Below are positions 1-10,046 of a DNA stretch of 64,000 nucleotides, in pieces (positions within the stretch are counted from its first letter, which is position 1; each line of letters opens with the position of its first letter). Origin of the DNA: Fimicolochytrium jonesii (Eukaryota); contig NW_026515676.1 of assembly GCF_025526975.1 (NCBI RefSeq), positions 1-64,000 on the forward strand, read 5' to 3'. The position numbers and the translations under genes are program-made. The notes beneath the pieces are model-generated. The model did not search any database. It was not told the origin of the DNA and saw nothing but the letters and a program-made list of their open reading frames with translations.

Positions 1-300
1 GACGCGGTCGCCCAAGATCAAATTCCAGGCGGTGATGACTCTTTTCACGTCGTCGATGGAGTAGCTGAGGGAGACGTTCTGAGCGAGACTCGTCATTTGC
101 CGAGCTATGGCCGCCGTTGTGCTGGGGTGATTCTCGAGGACGGCGAGAGCACGGATCAGGACGGGGGTCTCGCCGCGTGCCTCTTCGGGGAGCAGCGAGA
201 CCAGTCGATGTCGTAACTGCCGCGGGGCATGATCTGAACTGCTGAGTGCGAAAAATGTCCCCGTACCGTTGTACCGCCATGGCCGTGGGCCTGGTTTAAA
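1..300 (-). CDS. Partial hypothetical protein running off the left edge
   Basis: Minus frame is open from ~300 to 1 and reads like helical protein (…RHRLVSLLPEEARGETPVLIRALAVLENHPSTTAAIARQMTSLAQNVSLSYSIDDVKRVITAWNLILGDRV). Start not located; no family recognised. Confidence 0.35.
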
Positions 301-839
301 AGTCTTCGTGCGGCCGCCCAAAACTCACGCGTCGGGTCGCCCTCTGGAACCAGAAGATGTTATTATGCCATTTGAAGTTCCTTTGCGGTTCGACGTCCTC
401 CTTTTGTGAAGTGTAGTCTCCTCGGCGGAGTTTCTGTTCATGTGAGACGCGTCGCGTCGCTCTCTCTCGGGGCTTCTTCAAGCGGGCTTCGAAAACCCCT
501 GACCTGATGTCTATGAAAGATAACCGCCGGCGCTCGGCCCCCTCAACATTAAAATGCTGACCGCCCCTCGCAAGAACCTCGAACTTTCCTGACCTGCTTC
601 TTTTGCCTGTAGGGCCGTTCGATTCCTACAAGGAGAGGAAGAATTTCAGGGTCATAACCACCGCCGACCCACAGATCATGGCGCGATCAGCCTCCCCATG
701 TGAGAGTCTCCCCGGCTCGATAAGGATCTTTTCGCGAAAATACTGCAACGCAACCTCTAAAGTATATATGGCACAACTTGGATCGACTTCATTGACAACA
801 CAAAGATACCTCACGGGTACACCTGGTGGGACTAGGACT

Positions 840-965
840 GGACATCGAGATTGTCCACATCAAGCCGCACGCCCCAGTTTCTCAGGGAGAGGGTGACGGA
901 CGAAAGATTGACCAACCGCGTAGACAACTTGCGAGTGACGACGGTGACCCCAAATAGAAACAAGA
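840..965 (+). pseudogene. Degenerate HNH (HNH_3-like) endonuclease remnant
   Basis: RLTNRVDNLRVTTVTPNRNK resembles the HNH_3 motif (xNRxxNLRxxTxxxNxxN); an upstream frame gives EIVHI (cf. VDHI). Frameshifted. Confidence 0.35.
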
Positions 966-1166
966 AGGACGCGAGCGAGGGGTCAGAATGCGAGCGCGAT
1001 CACAGAATCTTGTATATTGAAATTGTGCACGTACCTGGTAAAACTTAAAAAACTAAAAATGAAAGTCCATTCGGCCCCCTGGCGTACTGGTTGGGAAAGG
1101 GGAGCGACTCGAGGACTAGTTACCATGCTCGTCGAGTCAGGCCTCACCATCGCGGGCTAGGAGTAA

Positions 1167-1380
1167 GGTACGACGGTACGGGGAGTTTTCTGGGAAAGCG
1201 AGAATGCTCGGTAGACCTGAAGTCTTACGGTACGACGGTACGGGGAGTTTTCTGGGAAAGCGAGAATGCTCGGTAGACCTGAAGTCTTACGGTACGACGG
1301 TACGGGGAGTTTTCTTGGAAAGCGAGAATGCTCAGTGGACCTGAAGCCTTACGGTACGACGGTACGGGGAGTTTTCCTAA
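1167..1380 (+). repeat. 62-bp tandem repeat, ~3.5 copies
   Basis: Unit ggtacgacggtacggggagttttctgggaaagcgagaatgctcggtagacctgaagtcttac starts at 1167, 1229, 1291 and 1353; the later copies are diverged. Confidence 0.95.
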
Positions 1381-1879
1381 AGCTGGAGCGAGATGAGCTT
1401 TTCTTTTTAATCCCAGGAACACAATCACCCACTTGACAAGCTCTGCGAGAAGGAAGAAGGGAGAACAACCGGGAGGTTGGGATAATGTCCGACGCGGTTG
1501 TATGAGAGGGGCACCCACTGGAGGTGGGAGGCGGGACCTTGGGTCGTGCTTGGATGCGCCCCTTGCTGATGCGCCGAAAAAGCGACCGGACGGGGGCAAA
1601 AACAATTGGCAAGTCTTTCGCGTGTGTCTCTATCAGAACGGGCATCGTCGCAGAAGGACATATGACCGACTAAAACCGCCCGCCCTGGGAAGCTGGGGCC
1701 GCTGGGGGTTCATCTGGGAAGCCAATAATGACGAAGAGGTTCGGCGAAGGGTACGCCAATGGCTCTACATCTACATGAAAAGTATCATCTCTATGCTTAT
1801 CAATGCTACTCAGCGCCGTATACATTTGCCTTGGCGGTTGGAAGCGCAAGAGCCGTCACATTGCGGATATGGTTTTGTT

Positions 1880-2065
1880 GATGTTCGCCCGCCGCTGGGA
1901 ATATCCCACTTCTTTACAGTGGGGCCATCCGCACTATACCGCTGTTCACCAACAAGATGCGCGTTGACCCAATCCGTCAGATAGGCAAAGTTTGCAACAA
2001 GAGTACCGCTCAGAATGTCCCACTGCTTGATGGTGCAATCGGCGCCGCCACTGAACAAGTGCGAG
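1880..2065 (-). pseudogene. WD40-repeat fragment (about two blades)
   Basis: LFSGGADCTIKQWDILSGTLVANF…TDWVNAH…YSADGPTVKKWDI inside ORF 1810..2337; too short for a propeller and no credible start. Confidence 0.65.
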
Positions 2066-2070
2066 TTTGT

Positions 2071-2300
2071 GTGTCGAGCGCGAGAGCGGCGAAGTGCCCT
2101 TGTCGGAAATGTGTGAGTGTGCCGAGCGTGACGACGAAATCCGAAACTGTTTGACGAACTGTGTGATTTGACGAACTTTGTCAGAGGGAAGTGTTCTGCC
2201 GAAGTGTCGACCCTTGCTTGACGAAAATGTTTGACGTTTGTGTTGAGCGCGATCCATACGAAAGTATTTGGATGACGAAACCCGTTCGACGAAAATTTTT
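2071..2300 (+). promoter_or_regulatory. ACGAA(A)-motif cluster, copy 1 of a dispersed module
   Basis: Seven (G/T)ACGAA motifs in 2131-2296; 2071-2142 is a diverged copy of 5809-5880 with the last 30 nt identical. Confidence 0.45.
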
Positions 2301-2698
2301 GACCGAGCTCGTGCTGAGCTGAGCGACCGAAGTTCATTGTACGACGTTTCGCTGTTGGTTATGCGCTCGCTTGGCCTCCCTCCGCATCTGGTTGCGCTTT
2401 TGCTGTTGGTCGAGCGTGCTTGGCCTGCACAATTGACACCCACACCGACCTCTGCGGCAACATCCACAAGCACGTCTGCATTGGCAAACCCTGTACATAC
2501 ATCCGCCTCGAGATCCTCAGCTACGATTGTGGACGAGACCCGACGGTTGACCTTCTTCTCCATGTTCGGCTGCCCTTGTTGCCAACTTCAACGCTGTGAA
2601 GATCGGAATCCGAGATCAAAACCCTTTCCATTTAAAAGGAGGAGGTTGCGCCCGAGATTCTCTCCCGATCACCACCGAAATCTGCAAAATCATCGAAA

Positions 2699-3205
2699 AT
2701 GGACGCCTTGTATCCAGAGAACCAACCGATCACTCCCGGGCAAAAAGAGGTTGCTTTCCGCCTAGCCATGTACGCGAAGTTCTTGTCCCACGGGATCCAT
2801 ATGATCGACGACCGCGAGTTCGATTGGAGTGAACACGGGTATCTTGACGCTGACGACATTCCCATTCACGAAGTCCCGTACCACAACCTTCGCTATATCA
2901 TCTTGCACGTCGCCCATATGGCGTCATTCATCGCTGGAGATACGCCGACAACAGTGAGGGGATACAAAAACCAACAGCGGAATACTGCCGTCATGATGGC
3001 GACCCTCAGCAACGCCTGGAGGGAGGTCGAACGCGCAAGAAGCTCCGCGGCGGCCGATGAGTATCACGACTGCCCGCTATACAAACTTCGTTTCGAAACC
3101 CTGTTTCGCACGTTAAGCGCCTGGCTATTTCGAATGCAGAATGCCGTCTCACGCTTGGATGATGTTGTGATGTTGGATGAGATCCCGACGGATCTTCTAC
3201 TTTGA
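2699..3205 (+). CDS. Intronless hypothetical protein, 168 aa
   Basis: Clean ATG-to-stop ORF with protein-like composition; TATA-like tttaaaagg at ~2631. No family recognised. Confidence 0.6.
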   Translation: MDALYPENQPITPGQKEVAFRLAMYAKFLSHGIHMIDDREFDWSEHGYLDADDIPIHEVPYHNLRYIILHVAHMASFIAGDTPTTVRGYKNQQRNTAVMMATLSNAWREVERARSSAAADEYHDCPLYKLRFETLFRTLSAWLFRMQNAVSRLDDVVMLDEIPTDLLL

Positions 3206-3218
3206 TACCCTTCCGTCA

Positions 3219-3570
3219 ATGTCAAGATTCGTATTCTTCCAACGAGATCATTGGAACGTTTTCGATTGGATACTTGAGGACGATTATCCCCCCGAAGATT
3301 GCAACGGGTGTGTATGGGATGAAAACTTGTCCATACCGCTGCCCCCTCGAAGGTTGTAGGACCGTTTTCCGAGGAAATCTGTGAGGAATCGTCCTTGTCC
3401 TCGGACAGCTCCGAAGTGGATGACCCATGTCGCTCTTGTGGCAAAGGACAAGGGCGCAAACCCTGACAAAATTCAAAATGTGGCCACTCGACGTGCCACA
3501 AATGCTGTCGGACAACTACGATCTCCCAAGAGTATATCCCGACTCTGAGGAAGGGGAGAAGGCGTAATTC
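3219..3570 (+). pseudogene. Disrupted RING-finger-like ORF
   Basis: 3428-3507 reads CRSCGKGQGRKP*QNSKCGHSTCHKCC (Cx2C…CxHx2Cx2C) with an in-frame stop; upstream part in another frame. Confidence 0.5.
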
Positions 3571-3601
3571 ATGATTTTGACTGACCCTCCTGGTATTCCG
3601 C

Positions 3602-3638
3602 CATTCCTGTCATTCTGTCATTCTGTCATTCTGTCATT
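3602..3638 (+). repeat. (CATTCTGT)n microsatellite
   Basis: About 4.5 copies of an 8-mer. Confidence 0.9.
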
Positions 3639-3961
3639 ATACACCCATGAAATCTTGGTTCAATATTTTGTGATCTCATGTAATACTTTGTCTCCTTGAG
3701 TGATCCTTGTCATGCAGTGCGTTGTCTAGATACCAAATGATTTGAAGATGGCATTTTGAAGACGCTCCTGGGGCTTCTTCTGGGATTCGATATGTAGCAA
3801 GGAGTCTGAAATTTCGGGTTTCGACTTAAATCTAAAAAAGTCATGTGACCGAATCAAGCACTTTCAGGATGATGCCCTCATCCCAAGTCCGTGAAACGAC
3901 CTGGAGGATTGTTAACTACCACTACCTCCCCGTAATCCGCGATCGCTCGTCGAAAAAGGCG

Positions 3962-4654
3962 ATGAACTCCCGAGATCTTCTTCTTTTGTTGCTTTGCGTT
4001 GGACTGGGACTATTGCACGTACGACTCCCCATCCGACGACATGCTAATCCACCAGAGAATCCACTCGAATCAGCGGGTGGCCAAGGGTTCCACGTCCGGA
4101 TCGTGAAGATTACGAACAAGTCAGACTATCCCATGACGGTGAGGCAGGAGCCTTCCGGGGAAGAGATTCACATTCTCCCCAGTCTGTACGACGACCCGGA
4201 TATGGACACCATCGGGAAGATCTCTTGGTTGTCAGTCAAAATGACAAACTTCAGCATCGGAGGAAACCATTACGTGGTCGTCCGTTTCAGAGACAATCCG
4301 GAGAGACACTATTACGCTGGCCCAGGCGAAATCGTACTAAATCGTCTCGCGGATCCACGAGAGACGATCATGTATAGCGGGCTGGTCGAACAAGTCGAAT
4401 GGATTTGGCACTACGGTCCAGATCGTATGTTACCCATTTCGGATACCGCCAAGCACCAAGACGAGCGCTTATATCAGGACCAAGAGGCTAGCCGTGCGTC
4501 TAGAAGCAAAGCAAAGAGCGACGACCAGCTCTTGCGAGAGGGTTGGATCAAATCGGAAGGGCGCTTTTACAAATCTGTACGACGACAAGTAGTTTCTGGA
4601 AGTTGGGCCCCGAGTTTTATCTATTACGACGAGACGGTAGCCCAGCGCCTGTAG
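3962..4654 (+). CDS. Intronless secreted or membrane-anchored hypothetical protein (~230 aa)
   Basis: MNSRDLLLLLLCVGLGLLHV hydrophobic N-terminus within ORF 3845..4654, followed by a beta-strand-like body. Confidence 0.6.
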   Translation: MNSRDLLLLLLCVGLGLLHVRLPIRRHANPPENPLESAGGQGFHVRIVKITNKSDYPMTVRQEPSGEEIHILPSLYDDPDMDTIGKISWLSVKMTNFSIGGNHYVVVRFRDNPERHYYAGPGEIVLNRLADPRETIMYSGLVEQVEWIWHYGPDRMLPISDTAKHQDERLYQDQEASRASRSKAKSDDQLLREGWIKSEGRFYKSVRRQVVSGSWAPSFIYYDETVAQRL

Positions 4655-5358
4655 TGCGTCAGCGCCGCCGGTAGAATAGTCTCTCGTTTTGCAATGGCTG
4701 TCTGTACCCCGCTTGCGTATCTCATGTATATGGATGTAAGAAACTGGGCTTGGCGAGGGCTGGAGGTTCGACATCAAATTTCGAAAGCATGCGACCAGAT
4801 TATTATCCTGCATGTCACGTAAGATCCGTTTTTGGAAGTTGAACGGCCCTGCCGTCATGTGTGATAATCACACCCAAAGGATTAATATCATTGGACGGCC
4901 GCGCACCTATGGTCACTCTCCCACCTTGATCACTCAGCAACAGGATGAGGACACCCAAAGGGAAATGGTTTTGGGTGCGAATCGGGCAGATGCATGATAT
5001 GAATATATAGGATGACCGTCCTAAGCAACCAAATTGACTAACACGTAGTCCGTATCTATCAAAACTTCCATCTGCACGATTCCCATTTTCTGGGGAGTGG
5101 CGAAGTTGACCCCCATGAATCCCATTTTTCAATCAGTTTTCATTGAAACCACGCGGTACATAATGCATAGATTTACAGAAGACTCTGCTACTGATAATGG
5201 AAAATTTACCAAGACATGTGGCTCAGGGTGAGGAACCGGTGTCGAATAAGAGGTCCGGCGAGGCGTGTGATCTGCAGCGACTGAGCTTGCGAAAACGTGC
5301 TTTCGAAAAGGGTGGTCCCAGGAGTAATGTATGTTCGGTTACTCCTGAATGCCAAACT

Positions 5359-5613
5359 CTAGGGGAGACGCGAAGGTGTTGAGCGTTTCGATGTGTGGTA
5401 TTCGTCGGAGGGGTCATGGTCGAAAATGTCATAATCGGCCTTCATGCAGTCCGTGCACTGCTCAGGGGGGTCGCCATACTTTAGGAATTTATCCATGCAA
5501 CACCAACAGACGTGGTGTCCGCATTGTAAGGTGTGACAGTATCGTTCAGGCAGAATGTCCCTATGGCCGACGCAACGAACCTTATGTTCGTTTTGTTGGT
5601 TATTCGCGATCAT
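5359..5613 (-). CDS. Small RING-finger-like protein (84 aa)
   Basis: CVGHRDILPERYCHTLQCGHHVCWCCMDKFLKYGDPPEQCTDC fits a RING-like ligand pattern; minus-strand TATA box (tataaaagg) at ~5701-5709. Confidence 0.6.
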   Translation of the reverse strand: MIANNQQNEHKVRCVGHRDILPERYCHTLQCGHHVCWCCMDKFLKYGDPPEQCTDCMKADYDIFDHDPSDEYHTSKRSTPSRLP

Positions 5614-5744
5614 TGTTGTGGTATGTTGAGTATGTTGCGTATGTAGATGATTCTGTGTAAGTTGTGTAAGTAAAGCGACTCCTTCGAACCCGAGACCTCT
5701 CCTTTTATATTCCGTATTCCCCACCTGCTCCGCACTTTTGAATG

Positions 5745-5882
5745 TGTGCCGAGCGCGACGAAATCCATGTGTCGAAAATGTCTGACGAAGTGAGTGTGTG
5801 AATGTGTATGTCGAGCGCCAGAGCGACGAAATTCACTTGACGGAAATGTGGTGAGTGTGCCGAGCGTGACGACGAAATCCAT
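5745..5882 (+). promoter_or_regulatory. ACGAA(A)-motif cluster, copy 2
   Basis: Four GACGAA motifs; shares gtgagtgtgccgagcgtgacgacgaaatcc with copy 1; lies between divergent ORFs 5613(-) and 6040(+). Confidence 0.45.
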
Positions 5883-6039
5883 TTGTTGGCGAAGCGAGTG
5901 TGTGAAGCGCGAGATGGCTTTCGCTGTTGGTCGGGCGTGCTTGGCCGGCCTCCTTCGGCATCTGGTCGCGCTAGTGTCCGAATAGGAATTCGTCCGTCCT
6001 TTCCTCATCAAGGCGCTTTGCTCCATTATCCTGTGAGGG

Positions 6040-6273
6040 ATGAACTGTCAATACTGTCAAACCAGTCACCAGAAATTTGCCTTCTGTGCACTTTCCGTCT
6101 TGCGGCTCACTTGCGGCGCTTGTGCACATTTGCCGCGTTCTTGTTGTTGTACATGTTACCACGTCCATGTCGCACACAATTCTCAGCAGGATGCTTTCAC
6201 GGTTAGGCCGCTGGAGCCTGGAAGAAGAGACTTGGTTGTGGAGTCGCATCACCGGCAGGGAGTGTGGGAGTGA
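6040..6273 (+). CDS. Small Cys/His-rich (RING-like) protein, 77 aa
   Basis: MNCQYCQ…LTCGACAHLPRSCCCTCYHVH: Cx2C…CG-x-CxH…Cx2C spacing. Confidence 0.4.
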   Translation: MNCQYCQTSHQKFAFCALSVLRLTCGACAHLPRSCCCTCYHVHVAHNSQQDAFTVRPLEPGRRDLVVESHHRQGVWE

Positions 6274-6865
6274 GAGAACTCAGAGCTAATTATGGCGAGA
6301 GCGGACTTGGACTTGAAGATCACCTGAGAAGAAGGACGGTACAGGGAAGATGATCACCGTCCACTGCCTGGTCCCTCCACTGGAAATCTACGTAACGGAA
6401 GGGCACACTCACACACTCACACACTCACACACTAATCTCATCCACACACCTTTCGTTCGATGCGGTACGGAACCCTGCGCTTCTGCTTTTCCGCCCGCAA
6501 TACGTTGGACGGTGCCCTTGTCTATCTTTAGCTGCGCGGCAAGGTCTCGATTGTCTTCGCCGAGAAGACGACACCAGAAAATTCGGGTATGTCAACGTGG
6601 GCAGTGTACAGGTAAACTTGTGGACGACCCATCCTTTCCAGTAAAGTTTAAACTTATTTGACCCCTTCATGGATGCGTCTGCTTATAAGGCTTTCCATCT
6701 TCTTTTTCTATGTATAGACATACAAACTGTCGAACCGTCAAAAGAGAATGCTCTCTTCAGCCCCCAAAAGCGTACAGAGCCTCCGTCGTCAAGGTTAAAG
6801 GATTGCCGCTCGACCGGCTCCTGCCGCAGAGCAATACCATACGAGAGGGCTCATTCCCATCCCGA

Positions 6866-8011
6866 TTATGATTCCGGCCGAACTATCTCACAGCCAATGG
6901 ACAACAACTGCTTCTTTATGGCTTCATCGTTTAGCAGTAGTGGGTCGGACTCGCTCATTTTGATGCTCAGCGAATCAGTAATATTGCGTGCCATTCGGTC
7001 CTCCGCGATCGCCTTGATTTCGGCCAGAATTATAGCCTTGAGCTCTCCAAACGCGCTTTGGGAGGAGGCCTGAGCGACAGGTTTGCCTTCAAGGAGGCTG
7101 CTGCGATCCTTCGGTTGTTCGGGATTCTCCCGTGCGAAAAGCGCGGGCAAGCTTGTCACCTTGGTCGGATCGTTCGCATACTGAAGGAGATCCAAATATT
7201 CCAGTCTAATCTTTGTGTCGACCGTGGACGCGACGATCCTGGGCTCTGCGTCGATGAAGCTGTCTAGCTTTTGGATGCCGGCTTGGAAACTGCAGCAGCG
7301 TCGATTGATCTTCTCATCTTTACCGCACTTATCCGAGACCACCCGAATTGCTCCCAGAAGCGTCGCACCGTGTGAAAGGACTATTTCGAAGAAATCGTAT
7401 GTCTCCATGTCGTAGAGATGGACACCCGGGATAATGGGTTGTGAGGACTCCATTAAGGAGTTCATAGAGCAGATCGCGGCCCCTTCGGCGGTAAGCATGG
7501 CGCGCCATCCATGGTCCGTCAGCGGGGTATCTCTCGGGGCCGGAACGCGCGCGCAAAGCTTTTTCTTCGCCCGAGAATCGGAAACCCACAAGTAATGCTT
7601 TTCTTGAGCAGGAGCGTCGGCAGGAGCGCTGAGCGCCGGGAGGTTCCGGAGATGGCCCCGATCCCCCTTGTGCGCTACGTTGATGTAGAACGCTGCGCCG
7701 ATGTTTGTTTCCTTGATGGTCCCGCACGTGCCAAAGACTGCGAAACGGAATTCATGAAAATTGTGGTGACGATAGTGCTCCTTGAAGGCCCGCATGAAAT
7801 CGTTAAGCTTCAGCAGAAACTTGATATCGCTGTCATCAATAACTTTGCATAGGAATATGCGATATTTCGGATCTTCTGCTGTGCCTTTATTGTAGCAGAC
7901 AACGTCGAATTCGTGGGTTACATTGCGGATCCGCGTATGGACGATGATGTTTTTGAGAGCTCCGATGGCTTTCCAGAACTCAAAGTTCTTTAGGAATACG
8001 ATGAAAATCAT
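6866..8011 (-). CDS. PNP_UDP_1 / MTAN-family nucleoside phosphorylase-like protein, intronless, 381 aa
   Basis: Family motifs in the correct order: VFGTCG (GxxG), LYDMETYDF (DME) and GAIRVVSD (RxxSD); extra helical C-terminal region. Confidence 0.75.
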   Translation of the reverse strand: MIFIVFLKNFEFWKAIGALKNIIVHTRIRNVTHEFDVVCYNKGTAEDPKYRIFLCKVIDDSDIKFLLKLNDFMRAFKEHYRHHNFHEFRFAVFGTCGTIKETNIGAAFYINVAHKGDRGHLRNLPALSAPADAPAQEKHYLWVSDSRAKKKLCARVPAPRDTPLTDHGWRAMLTAEGAAICSMNSLMESSQPIIPGVHLYDMETYDFFEIVLSHGATLLGAIRVVSDKCGKDEKINRRCCSFQAGIQKLDSFIDAEPRIVASTVDTKIRLEYLDLLQYANDPTKVTSLPALFARENPEQPKDRSSLLEGKPVAQASSQSAFGELKAIILAEIKAIAEDRMARNITDSLSIKMSESDPLLLNDEAIKKQLLSIGCEIVRPES

Positions 8012-8139
8012 GTGGTCGCTAGGTAAACCTTTGTGGGTGAGTTCCCTTTAAGCTGAAAGTGAGAAGAGGTACGTTGGCGTGCGGGACCAAAAGATATCAG
8101 AAGCACGCATTTAGCACTCGAAACACGGCGGTGCCTCAC

Positions 8140-8408
8140 TGTCGAGTGGAGAAATCATGCTCGTAGAGAGCGTTCCTAACTGTGACTTACCAAGAGCTGT
8201 TGCCCGTGATGAGCACCGGCGAGAAGAGGAGCGAGGGAGCCCGAAAGGGGAACGGACAGCGGGATATAAGAAAAGGTCTCTTCAAGTCTTCTGTGAACAG
8301 AGTCGCTGTCGAAGTGCGTTTCTATCGGTAAAGTATCTTAACTACTCTCGTCTTCGTTCTTCCCTAACCCTAAGTTCCCTAATTGGTTTTGGATTATGTC
8401 AGCCGACA
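8140..8408 (+). mobile_element. Probable 5' LTR of a Ty3/Gypsy element
   Basis: TGTCG…CGACA inverted termini, internal TATAA at 8265, followed by protease-like sequence. Only one LTR copy is in the window. Confidence 0.55.
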
Positions 8409-9205
8409 GGTGAAACGCGCTGTCGGAATTGCCGATCAATTACGTAATCGCTATAGGCCGCTACTGGAGAACACGTGTCCACGTCAGTCAGTCCGTAGTC
8501 AGCGCGCAAGGTTATAAGGCCAACGGTTCAATGGGTAGTATGCAAAACGTAACAAACGAAATGGCTTCCACCTGTGCACACCAACAAGAGCTCATGCGCT
8601 TCCAACAAGTCATGGATAGCGACATGAAGGGGCCGTCCGGACGTGGACGAGCAGAATCATGACCAAATCCGTGCACAATTCATCCACATGTTCGGACGAT
8701 CCAAGGGCTTCCTTTGCGGGTAGATGTTATTCTCGGATTGCCATGGATCTATATGCTTGACGATGTTCGTTTCGAGCATATAGAAGACGAGATTCCTGTT
8801 CTACGATTCCGTGCAGATGAAGTTGAACATACCCTGGTTGCCAGACCAGTAACTAGGAAATGGGAATCCCAGTCGTCCTGTAATGCAGCCGATCTGCGGT
8901 CCTTTGACATCAGAAAGAAGTCTAAACGATTCCAGGCGGCGATGCCTGAACGAGAAGACTCGAGTGTAGGAGTTGTAACTTATCTCGAAAAAAGGTGTAT
9001 GGGAAGTGTTACATAGCGTACGCTATGGACATAGAAGCTGCAGTGAATGCGTCACCAGCTTATGTCCCCGCAGATGAGCGCAATCGCGCCGAACCAGAGC
9101 CACAGGTTCAGATGTGCGAAGCTACAGGACAGAAGGTTGATTTGGGCGTGCCATCGGATCACCTTCTATATCCAACGTTGACGAAGTACGTGGATAGTTT
9201 GTTTG
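8409..9205 (+). mobile_element. Degraded Ty3/Gypsy internal region (aspartic protease C-terminus and PR-RT linker), 3'-truncated
   Basis: VDVILGLPWI (retropepsin DxILGxxW motif) in ORF 8714..9016; LTKYVDSLF linker-like motif near 9180; stops and frameshifts. Confidence 0.65.
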
Positions 9206-9699
9206 TGCAACTGCGGCTATTTCCAGGCCTTCGCCACGTATGATAGCGCCAGGCTCGGCGAGATCAGCCGGCGCACCTTGGCCGGTGAAGACGTGTCAGA
9301 GGCAGAGATGGGGCTTCTTTCTGGAGCCATACATCGCGCGCGACTGAGTCAGCCACTGGTGGAGGACTTCGATGATGTCGTGAGCGAATGGAAGGATTTC
9401 CTGAAAGCGGTAACCACGAGCGCAGACCGGATTTAACGGGTCGGTGGGTTACGTATCCGCTGACCTCATTCGGGGGGCCCCTGGATCTGCAGGGGGGCCA
9501 ACCACCTTGCATCCGTCGAACAAGCATGTTTACTTGCTCTCAGGCAGAAAAATCAGCAAACGGAACCAATACGATTGCGACATATATTGCAACAACAGAC
9601 TCTTGGCCTGCCTCGGTGACAGCACCAGTACAGCAGATTCGGGGAGACCGCTACCGCTCCGGTCGCGGGCGTCGTTGGGACTTATCACTCAGCACTTAA

Positions 9700-10046
9700 G
9701 TGAACTTTTCAGAATAAAAGTGCACTGTCTTGGTCTGCGTTTTGAACCCCATCGGTTCCTGGGCCTCGCTTTGTTTCATGTCGGAACCCCATGTTTCCTG
9801 CAGGAAAGCTTCCAGTGTAGTTAGTGGACTTTTTCTTCGGCAAGTTTCTCCTACACAACGTTATAGTAACTTTTTTTTTGAGGCATCTCGCCTTTTTTTC
9901 GCTTCTTTTCTATTATTCGAAAAACTTAAGAAAAAGTACACCAATCACACCGCAACCCCAGAATCCTGCATAAAATCCAGTGGACTTTTTCTTCAAGGAG
10001 TTCGAAAAGAACACCAAAAAGTCCACTGGTTCCTGGAAAAGTCCAC
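9700..10046. repeat. Array of seven GTGNACTTTT motifs in mostly alternating orientation around T-rich tracts
   Basis: Forward at 9700, 9824, 9980; reverse at 9716, 9932, 10017, 10037. Confidence 0.85.

Noticed and set aside
1167..1380. CRISPR-like array
   Set aside because: Units are fully tandem with no unique spacers, no cas genes, and the context is eukaryotic.
2130..5880. Hammerhead ribozymes (CTGACGA…GAAA) of Penelope-like telomeric elements
   Set aside because: I could not build the three stems, and no Penelope-type RT is visible.
8362..8382. Second fossil telomere (ccctaaccctaagttccctaa)
   Set aside because: Only 2+1 units and located inside a probable LTR; too short to call a healed end.
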